From Minisyncoccota bacterium (lineage in GTDB: Bacteria; Patescibacteriota; Minisyncoccia; Phycocordibacterales; UBA9973), in contig DASZOX010000036.1 in NCBI GenBank assembly GCA_035550535.1, positions 1 through 52,730 on the forward strand: a stretch of 52,730 nucleotides of DNA, read 5' to 3'. The translations under genes and the position numbers were made by a program. The notes beneath the pieces are model-generated. The model was given only the letters and a program-made list of their open reading frames with translations. It had not been told where the DNA came from and ran no database searches. Position 1 is the stretch's first letter. Every line of letters starts with the position of its first letter. This document shows positions 10,450 through 19,591 of this stretch, piece by piece.

Positions 10450-11223
10450 CTACCTCGTTTCTAGAGCGTTTTCCGGCTCTCGCAGAAGTAGTTTCTTCGA
10501 TGGTGGTTTCCAAAAAAGATTGCGCGAAAACATCTGGAGGATGCGAATGCCGTCTTGGAAGGGACGCAAGTTCGTTTCCCCAGCCCGCGGATGATAGCTG
10601 ATGGGCACCGACGAAATTTCTTCGCCGAGGCGTGCCATCTTGGTCACCATTTCCATCTCTATGGCAAATCCATCGGAAGTGAGGTGTGGCGTCAACCGCT
10701 CTACCGCTTCCCGCGTCCATGCGAAGTAGCCAGTCAGCGCATCCGTGATGTTTACCCGATAAAAAATACGCACAATGTGGGTATAAAACCAGTTGCCCAG
10801 CCGATTTAAGGCTGGCATGGCTCCCTCATTCATGCGTCCTGCCAATCGAGAGCCAAGCACCACATCACAAAACTCGGCATCGAGGGGTTCGACGAGGCGA
10901 AGCACTTCTTCGGGGCGATAGGTGTTGTCGCCATCGAGCATCACCACATAGTCAGTATCTTTTGATACATATTCAAAGCCGGTACGAATAGCGTTGCCCT
11001 TACCCTTCTTTGGTTCGTGGATCACGATCGCACCGTGCAGCCGCGCAACTTCGGCAGTACGATCGCTCGAATTGTTATCAATAACGACGATTTCGATATC
11101 GTAGCCGTGGTGACGAATTTTTTTCGTAGGAAAGGTGTTGATCACTTCGGCAACCCCATGTTCTTCGTTGTAGCAAGGGATGATAACCGTGATTTTTTTG
11201 GAATTTTTGTTGGCAGGTGGCAT
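10450..11223 (-). CDS. Glycosyltransferase family 2, polyprenyl-phosphate sugar synthase-like (Dpm1/GtrB-like)
   Basis: 257-aa ORF with ITVIIPCYNEE, VVIDNNSSDRT and MLDGDNTY (DxD) motifs. No TM tail is evident. Confidence 0.8.
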   Translation of the reverse strand: MPPANKNSKKITVIIPCYNEEHGVAEVINTFPTKKIRHHGYDIEIVVIDNNSSDRTAEVARLHGAIVIHEPKKGKGNAIRTGFEYVSKDTDYVVMLDGDNTYRPEEVLRLVEPLDAEFCDVVLGSRLAGRMNEGAMPALNRLGNWFYTHIVRIFYRVNITDALTGYFAWTREAVERLTPHLTSDGFAIEMEMVTKMARLGEEISSVPISYHPRAGETNLRPFQDGIRILQMFSRNLFWKPPSKKLLLREPENALETR

Positions 11224-11248
11224 ATAAATGGGTAGCTAGGTGATCGTG

Positions 11249-11752
11249 TTATGAGGAGGTGTCCGCTATAAGGAAGTCTATGTGCTGATTGAGGTTGGTG
11301 AGCACTACTGCAACGGTACCTCGCTGGTGCGAGGCGGTAAAAGTGTGGGCGACCGTGATCGTTTGGTATGCACCATCCGCTAGAGCGACGGTGCCTTGCG
11401 CAAATACGGTCTTGTACCCTTTGTCGTTCATAAAGTAGACGACGTAGGGGTAGTCCATATTACTCCCTTCAACGTTGTGAATGGTGAACGAGAACGTCTC
11501 CGTCTTGTTCTTCGTGGTGCTTTTCGGCAGTGCCTCCGGATCGTCGAAATAGAGCTCGGTAAACGCCTCATCCCTACGCACAAGGTCAAATCGATACGCG
11601 AGCTTGTAGAGCGAGGCACGATAGAGATATCCCGCTACGATAAGCACGATTGCCAGTGCTCCCCAAAGATATACTCGTCTGTGCTTATATAGCATACGTT
11701 TTCCACGATCACCTGTGTGATGAGGCGGGTTAAAATTAACATACAAACTCAC
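11249..11752 (-). CDS. Small N-terminally anchored membrane protein; the C-terminal domain resembles DUF1616-type proteins (tentative). An alternative start is at 11695.
   Basis: 167-aa ORF with a single TM (LWGALAIVLIVAGYL) followed by FTELYFDDPEALPK...FTIHNVEG...YPYVVYF. It is the first gene of the glycan operon. Confidence 0.55.
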   Translation of the reverse strand: MSLYVNFNPPHHTGDRGKRMLYKHRRVYLWGALAIVLIVAGYLYRASLYKLAYRFDLVRRDEAFTELYFDDPEALPKSTTKNKTETFSFTIHNVEGSNMDYPYVVYFMNDKGYKTVFAQGTVALADGAYQTITVAHTFTASHQRGTVAVVLTNLNQHIDFLIADTSS

Positions 11753-11771
11753 ACTTTGTCAACGCACGCAT

Positions 11772-11812
11772 AAAAAAAACGCTCGTGTGTACCTATAGTA
11801 CGCCCGAGCGTT
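11772..11812 (-). terminator. Rho-independent terminator candidate downstream of the DUF218 gene
   Basis: 8-bp stem AACGCTCG/CGAGCGTT followed on the minus strand by a run of eight T. Confidence 0.55.
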
Positions 11813-11827
11813 ATAACCGGTGCTATT

Positions 11828-12442
11828 TTATTCACTATCTTTTCCGTGCCGCGTCAACCGTGTCACATGCCGAAGGAGCTTGCCTTTCGGGTCAACAAGG
11901 ACTATGCCGTTGAGGATGAACTCCTTTATTGCGGCGTACACAAATCCCGAGGATTCTTCGTACTCATCGAGTATCATGTTGTCCTCAGGGGAACCGTATT
12001 TCTGTATAACTTTTTGCGATGCGATCATCTTCGCATCGATACCAGCGATACTTCGGAACATCCTTTTTGCCCGCCAGATATGCTGTGCGGTGCTCAAGAC
12101 ATCCACCGGTTTGTGAAATCTAATGAATCCCTGATGCAACATTTCATTGATATTTCCAAGCGTGTCAATTGATTCCGGTTCAACAAATACTCTGCTTGGG
12201 AGAATACTTGTGAAATTCTCGAGTAGGTAATCTTCCATGCATTCCGCTTCAGAGGCGTATTGATTACCCAATGTTTTTCCGCCAGTAAATATTATCGAAG
12301 AGAATTCTTCATTCTCAAAGAGGAGCCCTGCCGCGGTCGCTGAGATCCTCGATTCAGGAGTAAGCTCCGTAAAGAAGCCCCTTTTTTTAATTCCCTTACC
12401 CAGAACGACCAGTGGTCGCGCGAACAGATTGTTTTGTACCAT
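11828..12442 (-). CDS. YdcF/ElyC (DUF218) family protein
   Basis: 204-aa ORF with PLVVLGKG, IIFTGGKT, SEAECM and LSTAQHIWRAKRMF, which is the DUF218 pattern. Confidence 0.7.
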   Translation of the reverse strand: MVQNNLFARPLVVLGKGIKKRGFFTELTPESRISATAAGLLFENEEFSSIIFTGGKTLGNQYASEAECMEDYLLENFTSILPSRVFVEPESIDTLGNINEMLHQGFIRFHKPVDVLSTAQHIWRAKRMFRSIAGIDAKMIASQKVIQKYGSPEDNMILDEYEESSGFVYAAIKEFILNGIVLVDPKGKLLRHVTRLTRHGKDSE

Positions 12443-12553
12443 TTGTTAACGTTTTGCACACTATAACTCAATATGTTTTATTGTCAATAATACCCTCATT
12501 GTATTTGATATATTCGCAATTTTGCTTTAGAGTGAGAAAAACTGTTTATAAAA

Positions 12554-12892
12554 ATGAAAAAATCAAACGTAACACTGGATGAACGAACGTATAAAATAGA
12601 ATTCACCAACCTGCATTCTGATACCATCTTTGGGGCATTTAAACAAAAAAGCCTCATTGAACTCAAGAACGAACCTTTTGGAAGGCTCGAGACAAAAGTT
12701 GTAGCCATGGGACACATGGATCCTGATGAAGAAGACTATATGCCCGACGGGTGGCATATTACGTTAAAAATAAAACGACAAAATAGTGAGGAACCTCAAC
12801 ATGAAAAATTTCTTTTGTTCAAAGGGATCTATAATCAAGAAAACGGGGGTGCAAAACTCATGATTGATCTTTCTGAAGAACTATTTTGGTAA
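12554..12892 (+). CDS. Hypothetical protein
   Basis: 112-aa ORF in a locally AT-richer stretch, followed by a hairpin and T-run. Confidence 0.5.
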   Translation: MKKSNVTLDERTYKIEFTNLHSDTIFGAFKQKSLIELKNEPFGRLETKVVAMGHMDPDEEDYMPDGWHITLKIKRQNSEEPQHEKFLLFKGIYNQENGGAKLMIDLSEELFW

Positions 12893-12910
12893 AAATGTTA
12901 TCGAGAAACG

Positions 12911-12935
12911 GCCCCACACATGGGGGCTTTTTTAT
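12911..12935 (+). terminator. Rho-independent terminator candidate
   Basis: GCCCC/GGGGC stem followed by TTTTTTA. Confidence 0.5.
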
Positions 12936-12993
12936 TGTTGAGAAAATATTGACAAACAGGTATATTCGTATTAAAGTACACAAAACCTTGAAC

Positions 12994-13503
12994 ATGAAAA
13001 AAATGATAACAAGTCTTTTGATAGCGCTCATCGCGCTGCCCTGCTTTGCCCAACGGGATACTCCGGCTTTCTCAATCGGTATCCAGATACACAAAGATAC
13101 CGCCTACTGGGCATTCCTTGTCGACGGAAAATTGTTTCGTGAAGGAGGTGACCGAGATTGGTTTATAAAGAGGTTATTTCCTCAGACGGAAAAATTCGTA
13201 GAAACAGATAAACAACCAAGAGATCCCCGGTTGGTAATAGTTGCAAGCCCTGATGATTCAACTGCATACAAAGTGGCACTCTATCATCAGGATGGCAATT
13301 TTTGGGAATTGATTTTATCGACGTCCTACAAACCCACCTTGCAGGCCTACGATCATCATATTAAATTCCAACTTCCCGAGGAATCGTTGAGCGCATATGA
13401 ACTTCGACCTGTTACAGGAAATCCACCGGTTGGTGGCAAAACATACTTCAGAATATGGCGCGCGGAAATAATATTTGACGCGCACGACAAGGCATTAAAT
13501 TAA
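12994..13503 (+). CDS. Secreted hypothetical protein (signal peptide MKKMITSLLIALIALPCFA)
   Basis: The ORF track starts at 12886, but that extension runs through the upstream terminator. The ATG at 12994 gives a canonical signal peptide. Confidence 0.6.
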   Translation: MKKMITSLLIALIALPCFAQRDTPAFSIGIQIHKDTAYWAFLVDGKLFREGGDRDWFIKRLFPQTEKFVETDKQPRDPRLVIVASPDDSTAYKVALYHQDGNFWELILSTSYKPTLQAYDHHIKFQLPEESLSAYELRPVTGNPPVGGKTYFRIWRAEIIFDAHDKALN

Positions 13504-13536
13504 ATTGTCGAAAAGCCAAAACCCCCTCTTGGAAAC

Positions 13537-13570
13537 TCCCCAGCAACGCTTACTGGGGACTTTTTATTTT
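13537..13570 (+). terminator. Rho-independent terminator
   Basis: TCCCCAG/CTGGGGA stem followed by TTTTTATTTT. Confidence 0.7.
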
Positions 13571-13573
13571 CAT

Positions 13574-13603
13574 ACAAAAAAGGCCCACCTAAAGAGGTAG
13601 CCT
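13574..13603 (-). terminator. Rho-independent terminator candidate for the efflux/Gly-rich operon
   Basis: On the minus strand, an AGGCTACCT/AGGTGGGCCT stem (one bulge) is followed by TTTTTGTATG. Confidence 0.5.
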
Positions 13604-13701
13604 TCTTGTTGTAGTACTCTGATGTTACCACAAACTCCCAAAGAAAATAGCTCTCGGCCAAAAATTTCACGTGCTATAGCAGTAGCGTTCTTGCGGTGCA
13701 A

Positions 13702-14160
13702 CTACTTCGCAGACGGTGGTGGTGTCGGTACACCTGCTTGCACCTCAGGACGCAGTTGAATAGAAGTCGCACTCACTGAGCCGTCGGGATTCGTGGTGCC
13801 ACTCACCATGATGGTACTGCCAGTCGTGATGTCAGAGAGTGACCCGTTCGCACTCTTGTAGACAGTAGTCGATGGTGAATAGAGCACGATGCGCGAACCG
13901 CCGCCAGGGGTTCCGACAGTGATACTCGTCGCGTCTTTGCTGATGACTTGTCCTGAGACTCCACCGCCAAAGTTCCCACGAGCAGTGCCGCTCCCCATTC
14001 CCTGGAAGTTCCCACTGCCATAGCCGCTACCGCTACCGCCACGAGCAGTGCGTGCAGCAGACGATCCTGCAGCATGTCGTGCGCCATAGGCTTTACCGCC
14101 AAAAAACGCAGCGACGATGAGCACGACGCCGCTAATAATGATTGATGATGTTTTTTTCAT
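13702..14160 (-). CDS. Secreted Gly-rich protein with a C-terminal beta-rich domain (DUF5666-like, tentative)
   Basis: 152-aa ORF with an N-terminal TM/signal, a GGSGSGYGSGNFQGMGSG low-complexity region, then ITVGTPGGGSRIVLYSPSTTVYK...IMVSGTTNPDGSVSATSIQL. Confidence 0.6.
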   Translation of the reverse strand: MKKTSSIIISGVVLIVAAFFGGKAYGARHAAGSSAARTARGGSGSGYGSGNFQGMGSGTARGNFGGGVSGQVISKDATSITVGTPGGGSRIVLYSPSTTVYKSANGSLSDITTGSTIMVSGTTNPDGSVSATSIQLRPEVQAGVPTPPPSAK

Positions 14161-14217
14161 AAGTGAAAATAATTATTGCTAATACTAATAATCGATTACC
14201 AGTACGCTGCGGAGCGC

Positions 14218-15438
14218 TCACTCGAAGCGCAGCGCCTCGATCGGGTTTAAGTTCGCGGCACGTCTCGCCGGATAGTAACCAAAGACGATACCGATGAGTG
14301 CGGATACGCCAAAGGCGAGCAGTATGGACGAAAGAGTCACTGAAGAAGCAATAACATCGAGTTTCGTAAGGGTAAACGACACCGTCCATCCGAGGATGAC
14401 GCCGATGACTCCTCCGGTAAACGTGAGGACGACACTTTCGATGAGAAACTGCAAATTGATGTCGCCCTTTTTCGCCCCGATTGCCTTGCGCAAGCCGATC
14501 TCTCGCGTGCGCTCGGTAACGGTCGTAAGCATCATATTCATGATGCCGATCCCCCCCACGAGCAGCGAGATGCCGGCGACCGCCGCCAAAAGCATGGTGA
14601 ACGTCCCTGTCACCGACGAGGCGGTGGCGATAACATCCGATTGATTGAGTGTGGAGAAATCCGCCTTGGTTGGATCGCTTATGTTGTGCCGTTCGAGGAG
14701 GAGGTTGGTCACATCGGTTTGCACTTGGGTAGTGTCCTCGGCGCTTGCTGCCGAGAGATCAATTTCGCTGAGGTATTGGTTGCCAGTGAGATAGTGCTGT
14801 GCAGTGGTGTAAGGGATGTACACGGTATCATCGGTATTGTTAAATCCTGAGCCTCCTTTTGATGCCGTAACCCCGATAATCGTATAGATGCCGCTGCTGA
14901 TGCGAATCTGTTGCCCAAGCGGGTCACTGCCGTCGGCAAAAAGATCGCTTGCCACCGTCGGGCCGATGACGGCAACTTTGTTACTGCTTGTGACATCGCT
15001 CTCACTGAAAAAATTGCCTTCGCTTACCTGTAGATTGCGCACACTGGTATACGACGGCGTGGTACCAATAACGCTCGTATTGGTATTGGTGCCCTTGGCG
15101 ACCACTTGGGCGCGAGCGGTGACATCAAAAGCGATAGCTCCCACATTGGCAATTTGGGATTGGATCGCTTCACCATCGGCAACCGTGAGCGTTTCTGCGC
15201 TCCCGCGTGCTTGCTGTGGCCCGCCAAAACTACGCTCCGCCCCTGGCATCACCATAATGAGATTGCTCCCGATGGATTCGATGCTCGACTGAATAGAGTC
15301 TTTGGCGCCGTTGCCGATGGCAATCATCGCGATCACCGATGAGATACCGATGATGATACCGAGCATGGTAAGCCCTGTGCGCACCTTATTGGCGCTCAGT
15401 GCACTATAGGTTTCGTGAAGCATGTCGGCGGTAGTCAT
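14218..15438 (-). CDS. ABC transporter permease, MacB/FtsX family
   Basis: 406-aa ORF with a MacB-type topology: TM1, a large extracytoplasmic domain of about 230 aa, then three C-terminal TMs. The REIGLRKAIGAKKGDI motif is present. It has a 4-nt overlap with the ATPase gene. Confidence 0.9.
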   Translation of the reverse strand: MTTADMLHETYSALSANKVRTGLTMLGIIIGISSVIAMIAIGNGAKDSIQSSIESIGSNLIMVMPGAERSFGGPQQARGSAETLTVADGEAIQSQIANVGAIAFDVTARAQVVAKGTNTNTSVIGTTPSYTSVRNLQVSEGNFFSESDVTSSNKVAVIGPTVASDLFADGSDPLGQQIRISSGIYTIIGVTASKGGSGFNNTDDTVYIPYTTAQHYLTGNQYLSEIDLSAASAEDTTQVQTDVTNLLLERHNISDPTKADFSTLNQSDVIATASSVTGTFTMLLAAVAGISLLVGGIGIMNMMLTTVTERTREIGLRKAIGAKKGDINLQFLIESVVLTFTGGVIGVILGWTVSFTLTKLDVIASSVTLSSILLAFGVSALIGIVFGYYPARRAANLNPIEALRFE

Positions 15439-16139
15439 AGTGTTGCGGTGCGCCGCGTATGGTTGCGGCGGTCACTGATAATAAGTCCGTCACGAATGAC
15501 GATGATGCGGTCGGCGTGTTCCGCCACATCGCTTTCGTGGGTGATGAGCACAATGGTGCGGCCGAGTGTCTTGTTCAGCTGCTGAAAAGTGCCGAGCACG
15601 ATCTCTCCTGTCCGGGTGTCAAGATTTCCGGTCGGCTCGTCGGCGAGGATCATGGTGGGGTGGTTGACGAGCGCACGAGCGATCGCCACGCGTTGGATCT
15701 GTCCCCCAGAGAGCTGGTTGGATTTGTGGGAAAAATATTTTTCATCAAGTCCTGCAGCGCGTAGGGCTTCCGCCGCATCGCGCTCCCGTTGCTCTGGAGC
15801 AATGTTTGCGTAGACGAGCGGGAGCGTCACATTGCGCAGCGCAGTTGTGCGTGGAAGCAAGTTAAATGCTTGGAACACAAAACCGATTTTGTCACGGCGG
15901 ATATCGGCGAGTTCGTCGTCAGAGAGCTTGGAGACATCTTTGTGGTCAAGCATGTAGGAACCTGATGTCGGCGTATCGAGACATCCCAAGATGTGCATGA
16001 GCGTGCTTTTACCGGATCCCGAAGGGCCCATGATGGCGATGAATTCTCCGTCTTCTACACTGAAGCTCACCCCTTTGAGCGCCTGGAAATTTTCCTCGCC
16101 ACTCCTATATGTTTTGGTAATGTGGTGTACCTCGATCAT
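15435..16139 (-). CDS. ABC transporter ATP-binding protein (MacB/LolD-type)
   Basis: Walker [10 protein letters not shown], signature [15 protein letters not shown] and Walker [12 protein letters not shown]. Confidence 0.92.
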   Translation of the reverse strand: MIEVHHITKTYRSGEENFQALKGVSFSVEDGEFIAIMGPSGSGKSTLMHILGCLDTPTSGSYMLDHKDVSKLSDDELADIRRDKIGFVFQAFNLLPRTTALRNVTLPLVYANIAPEQRERDAAEALRAAGLDEKYFSHKSNQLSGGQIQRVAIARALVNHPTMILADEPTGNLDTRTGEIVLGTFQQLNKTLGRTIVLITHESDVAEHADRIIVIRDGLIISDRRNHTRRTATL

Positions 16140-16140
16140 G

Positions 16141-17730
16141 TTAACGGCTCAGCGTTCGTACTGTACCAGCAGCACCGCCGCCTCCCACTCGTACTCCTCC
16201 TCCCCCACCAAAGAGGCTCGGTGCAGATGAGGAAGACGACGAGGTGCTCGTAGGAGTAGCAGCAACGGTTCTTGCCACTAGCTGCTCACCTTCGGTAAGT
16301 CCGGAGACGATCTCAGTAGTGGTGGTATCTGAAATGCCAGTGGTTACCGAGACTTCCCGTGGAGGCGTAGCGCTGGTTACGCCTTGCACGCCTGCCGTGG
16401 CCGGCCCCGGAGTATCAAGTACGAGTACATAGCTTCCGTTTGCATTCGACTTCACGGCGCTACTGGGCACCGTGAGCACGCCACTTTTGGAAGCGGTAAT
16501 GATGGATGCCGTCACGCTCATGCCACTTTTAACCGCATCATTGTCGGTGTCGAGGGTGATGTCGACAGTATAGTTGACGACTCCCTGCGAGACGGTGCCT
16601 ACGGTATCGATTTGAGAGACGGTACCAGTGAGCGTGATATCGGGGAGCGCGTCAAAGGTAAGGGTCGCTTTATCGCCGATCGCCACTTTCGCCACATCTA
16701 CTTCATTGAGTGTCACTTGTGCAATCTTTTGATTGGTAATCACCGTGCCGAGCGCCGTCCCAGACGAAGCGGTATCGCCGACAATAGCATCCACGCTTGC
16801 CAACACGCCGTCAAACGGTGCTTTGACATAACAGTCGTCGAGCGTTTGCTGTGCACTGGTGACCGCTTGTGCGGCTTCGGTGACTGCAAGCTCCTTGGAT
16901 TGAAGGGTAACTGCAGAGGAGTTGGCGGACTGCTGCGATTCGTTGAGATTCTCTACTGCGGTATCATACGCGTTTTTATTCGAGAGGTAACTCGGCGCAC
17001 TCGTATTGGGAATGGCGATATTCCACTTCAACCCGCTACGGGTATTGTTGGGGAAAGTGAGAAAGAGGCCGGTACCGATGATAGGTTGCGGATTGATATT
17101 GCTTGCATAACCGTAGACATCGACCCCCATACCGGTTACTTCAAAGGAGATACCTCCCTGTGAGGCATAGGTGGCAACCGTGAGCGTTCCTTCTTTGTCG
17201 AGGGTATAGTTACCGCTCACGGTCGGAGCAGTAAAGGCAGCGGTGTTGAAGTCCGCTGGAGTTGCACTGAGTCCACTGCTCAGAAGCGTCGTGTGGGCAT
17301 CTTGCACTGCTTTTTGCAAGTCAGCTTGATTGTTGGCTGTCTGGGTTTGGGTCGACGCGAGGTCGAGTTTTGCTTGGGCGAGATTATTTTGCGCCGTGTG
17401 GAGCGCTTGGGTAGCGTCGCTCGGATCAATCACAAAGAGCGTTTCTCCCTGCACCACTTTGTCGCCAGCGTGTGCTTTGATAGCTATGAGCGTGCCGGAC
17501 GTTTGCGGTTTGAGATCAAGAGAAGCCGATGTCGTCATCTGCCCCGTTGCACTGACCGACTGGACAATGGTGCCCACCGTCGCGTTCGCCAAGACATAGC
17601 GCGTCTCCGTGCTTGCACTGTCGGTATGGTGCACCACAAGATAGACAATGACAACGATCACTATTGCGCCAAAGATACTGGATTTTTTATGGGTCGCTAA
17701 CCATCGTCGTAGAGAAGAAAAAAAAGTCAT
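16141..17730 (-). CDS. Efflux periplasmic adaptor (HlyD/MFP family, MacA/YknX-like) with a Ser/Gly-rich C-terminal tail
   Basis: 529-aa ORF with an N-terminal TM, a lipoyl-like motif (KAHAGDKVVQGETLFVIDP), a long coiled-coil region and beta-barrel motifs. The C-terminus is STSSSSSSAPSLFGGGGGVRVGGGG. Confidence 0.85.
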   Translation of the reverse strand: MTFFSSLRRWLATHKKSSIFGAIVIVVIVYLVVHHTDSASTETRYVLANATVGTIVQSVSATGQMTTSASLDLKPQTSGTLIAIKAHAGDKVVQGETLFVIDPSDATQALHTAQNNLAQAKLDLASTQTQTANNQADLQKAVQDAHTTLLSSGLSATPADFNTAAFTAPTVSGNYTLDKEGTLTVATYASQGGISFEVTGMGVDVYGYASNINPQPIIGTGLFLTFPNNTRSGLKWNIAIPNTSAPSYLSNKNAYDTAVENLNESQQSANSSAVTLQSKELAVTEAAQAVTSAQQTLDDCYVKAPFDGVLASVDAIVGDTASSGTALGTVITNQKIAQVTLNEVDVAKVAIGDKATLTFDALPDITLTGTVSQIDTVGTVSQGVVNYTVDITLDTDNDAVKSGMSVTASIITASKSGVLTVPSSAVKSNANGSYVLVLDTPGPATAGVQGVTSATPPREVSVTTGISDTTTTEIVSGLTEGEQLVARTVAATPTSTSSSSSSAPSLFGGGGGVRVGGGGAAGTVRTLSR

Positions 17731-17817
17731 AGTGGAATATATCGTGCAGGATTTTGTTACTGGCTAATATCTTCGTAGTATACCGTACGCTCGTGAAGAA
17801 AAAGTGAAGAAGTATGA

Positions 17818-17841
17818 CAACAGCCGCCGGAGCGGCTGTTG
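17818..17841 (-). terminator. Hairpin (10-bp stem) downstream of the 17861..18406 gene; possible attenuator or terminator
   Basis: CAACAGCCGC/GCGGCTGTTG with a 4-nt loop. The T-run is weak. Confidence 0.35.
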
Positions 17842-17860
17842 GTGACGTAAAAGGAGTTGG

Positions 17861-18406
17861 TTACGAAGTGGAAGAAGTCAACGGATGACCAAGTCCTCCT
17901 CGGAAATGGGGGCCGCGAGGACCGACAGAGAGGAAGCGAGCAACAACCGATTGAGGGATATTATTGGTAGTTGCCCACTCTTGGACGGACTGCTTGAGGG
18001 AGGTAAGCGCCGTTTGCCGCGCCGAAGTAGTCTCTCCCGCAAGACCGCTGAGGGTTTGTTGGATACTCTGTTCCTCCGCTATGATGAGCGTGGCTTGTGC
18101 TTGAGTGATCGTCCCCGCGCTTACGGCTTTTGCGACGCGATCGCTGAACGTCTGCTGCGCACGCTGCGCTTGGGTAGTCCGCTGTTGTGCCATCACCTGA
18201 TCGACCACCGACTGAATATCGGTAGTGCTCAAGTTGAATCGCTGCGCAAGCGCACTGACGAGTGCACTCATCACCGGCGTAGTGGTTGGTACACTATCGG
18301 CATGAGCGATCGTGCCACCACCGACCACCATCGCGCCGACGATGAAAGCGGTAGCGGCGATCATCTTCGACTTTTTCGATACGTGAGCTATTTTTTTATT
18401 AGACAT
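17861..18406 (-). CDS. Secreted helical Gln/Ala/Thr-rich hypothetical protein (start moved to 18406)
   Basis: The ATG at 18404-18406 gives MSNKKIAHVSKKSKMIAATAFIVGAMVVGG, a signal/TM segment. The upstream extension of the ORF track looks non-coding. Confidence 0.55.
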   Translation of the reverse strand: MSNKKIAHVSKKSKMIAATAFIVGAMVVGGGTIAHADSVPTTTPVMSALVSALAQRFNLSTTDIQSVVDQVMAQQRTTQAQRAQQTFSDRVAKAVSAGTITQAQATLIIAEEQSIQQTLSGLAGETTSARQTALTSLKQSVQEWATTNNIPQSVVARFLSVGPRGPHFRGGLGHPLTSSTS

Positions 18407-18559
18407 GATCGTGATTGAAAAGAAAACACTTGGTAAATTGAGTACGCACGTGGTGCACCCACTTTGCTTTGAGCTTACCACTCGCGAGCGACGGGGCGAG
18501 GGATGGTTCGGGTGCACCTAAGCAAGTCTAGAAAATAGCTTATGAAGAAACGGTGAAGC

Positions 18560-19591
18560 CTATGCCGGAAAGCGAAGCGTAACGGTGGTTCCCTCTCCCG
18601 GCGTGCTGGCAAGCGCGATCGTGCCACCGAGGCGCGCAAGCGCACTTTGTGCAATAGAAAGCCCTAGTCCGCTTCCTCCCGTCCCACGAGTGCGGCTTTC
18701 ATCAACACGGTAAAATCGATCAAAGATGTGTGCTTGGTCAACGGAGGCAATACCTATCCCTGTATCCACCACTTCAATAGTGATGAAGTGATCTTTTTCG
18801 GAGAGCGTGATGGTGACGGTGCCATTTGTTTTGTTGTAGACAATCGCGTTTTTAATGACATTGACGAGAGCCCGTGAGAGCAGCGTTTCGTTGACACACA
18901 ACGCGATGCCGTGCGTTGCCTCCACTACTGCCACCGTCACACCCAGCGAAGAAGCGAGTGGGGCAAGTCGGGCAATTATTTTATCTACGAACGTGCGCAA
19001 CACGATTGCCGTGGGAGCAAACGCTTCGTCATCGTACTGCATCCGCGAAAGCATAAGAATGTCTCCCACCAGCATACCCATGTTGCGCACTTCCTCGAGT
19101 CTACTTTCGATCGCTGCCGTGTCGGTGTTCCCACGCAAGAGCTCGTTTTCGAGATCCATTTGCAATACGGTGATAGGGGTACGCAACTCATGCGACACGT
19201 CGCTCATAAATCGCTCTTGATCCTCGTAGGCACGTTTGATTGGTTCGAGTGTCTTTTTTGCAAGCCAATAACTAAGGACGCACGCGAGCCCGAGAAGGGA
19301 GAGGTTGACCAAGAGCAAGGAGGCGATGAGGTCTTTGCGCAATTCCTCCGGCGTAGGAGTCATCGGAGGCAATGCAAACGGAGGATCCAACCGAATCACA
19401 ATGGCCGGCGTGTCGTGGAAACGGCGCACGATGCGGTGCGAAAATGCAGAATAGCAAACAAAGCTCGATATGAAAAGAATGAGTGCAAGAATAAACGAAT
19501 AGAGGATCGTGAGACGAAGGATCGAATGGTTAAAACGCTCGCTAAACGAGACGGTAGCCTTTCCCCCAAACGGTTTCAATATGTTTCGCAT
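18560..19591 (-). CDS. Sensor histidine kinase (HisKA + HATPase_c)
   Basis: H-box FMSDVSHELRTPIT, N-box NVIKNAIVYN, and G-boxes DTGIGI and GGSGLGLSIA. There are two N-terminal TMs. The start is uncertain because of a 50-nt overlap with the response regulator gene. Confidence 0.9.
   Translation of the reverse strand: MRNILKPFGGKATVSFSERFNHSILRLTILYSFILALILFISSFVCYSAFSHRIVRRFHDTPAIVIRLDPPFALPPMTPTPEELRKDLIASLLLVNLSLLGLACVLSYWLAKKTLEPIKRAYEDQERFMSDVSHELRTPITVLQMDLENELLRGNTDTAAIESRLEEVRNMGMLVGDILMLSRMQYDDEAFAPTAIVLRTFVDKIIARLAPLASSLGVTVAVVEATHGIALCVNETLLSRALVNVIKNAIVYNKTNGTVTITLSEKDHFITIEVVDTGIGIASVDQAHIFDRFYRVDESRTRGTGGSGLGLSIAQSALARLGGTIALASTPGEGTTVTLRFPA

Noticed and set aside
10445-10720. 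92-codon N-terminal extension of the GT4 ORF 9278..10720.
   Set aside because: The extension overlaps the 3' end of the GT2 gene and has no protein-like character. The internal ATG at 10444 gives a canonical GT4 N-terminus 5 nt after the GT2 stop.
14151-14190. Shared start context TTCACTTATGAAAAAAAC with an upstream ATAATTA at the starts of the 13702..14160 and 21281..22021 genes.
   Set aside because: The similarity is largely explained by both genes encoding MKKT... signal peptides plus AT-rich leaders. It is too short to call a regulatory motif.
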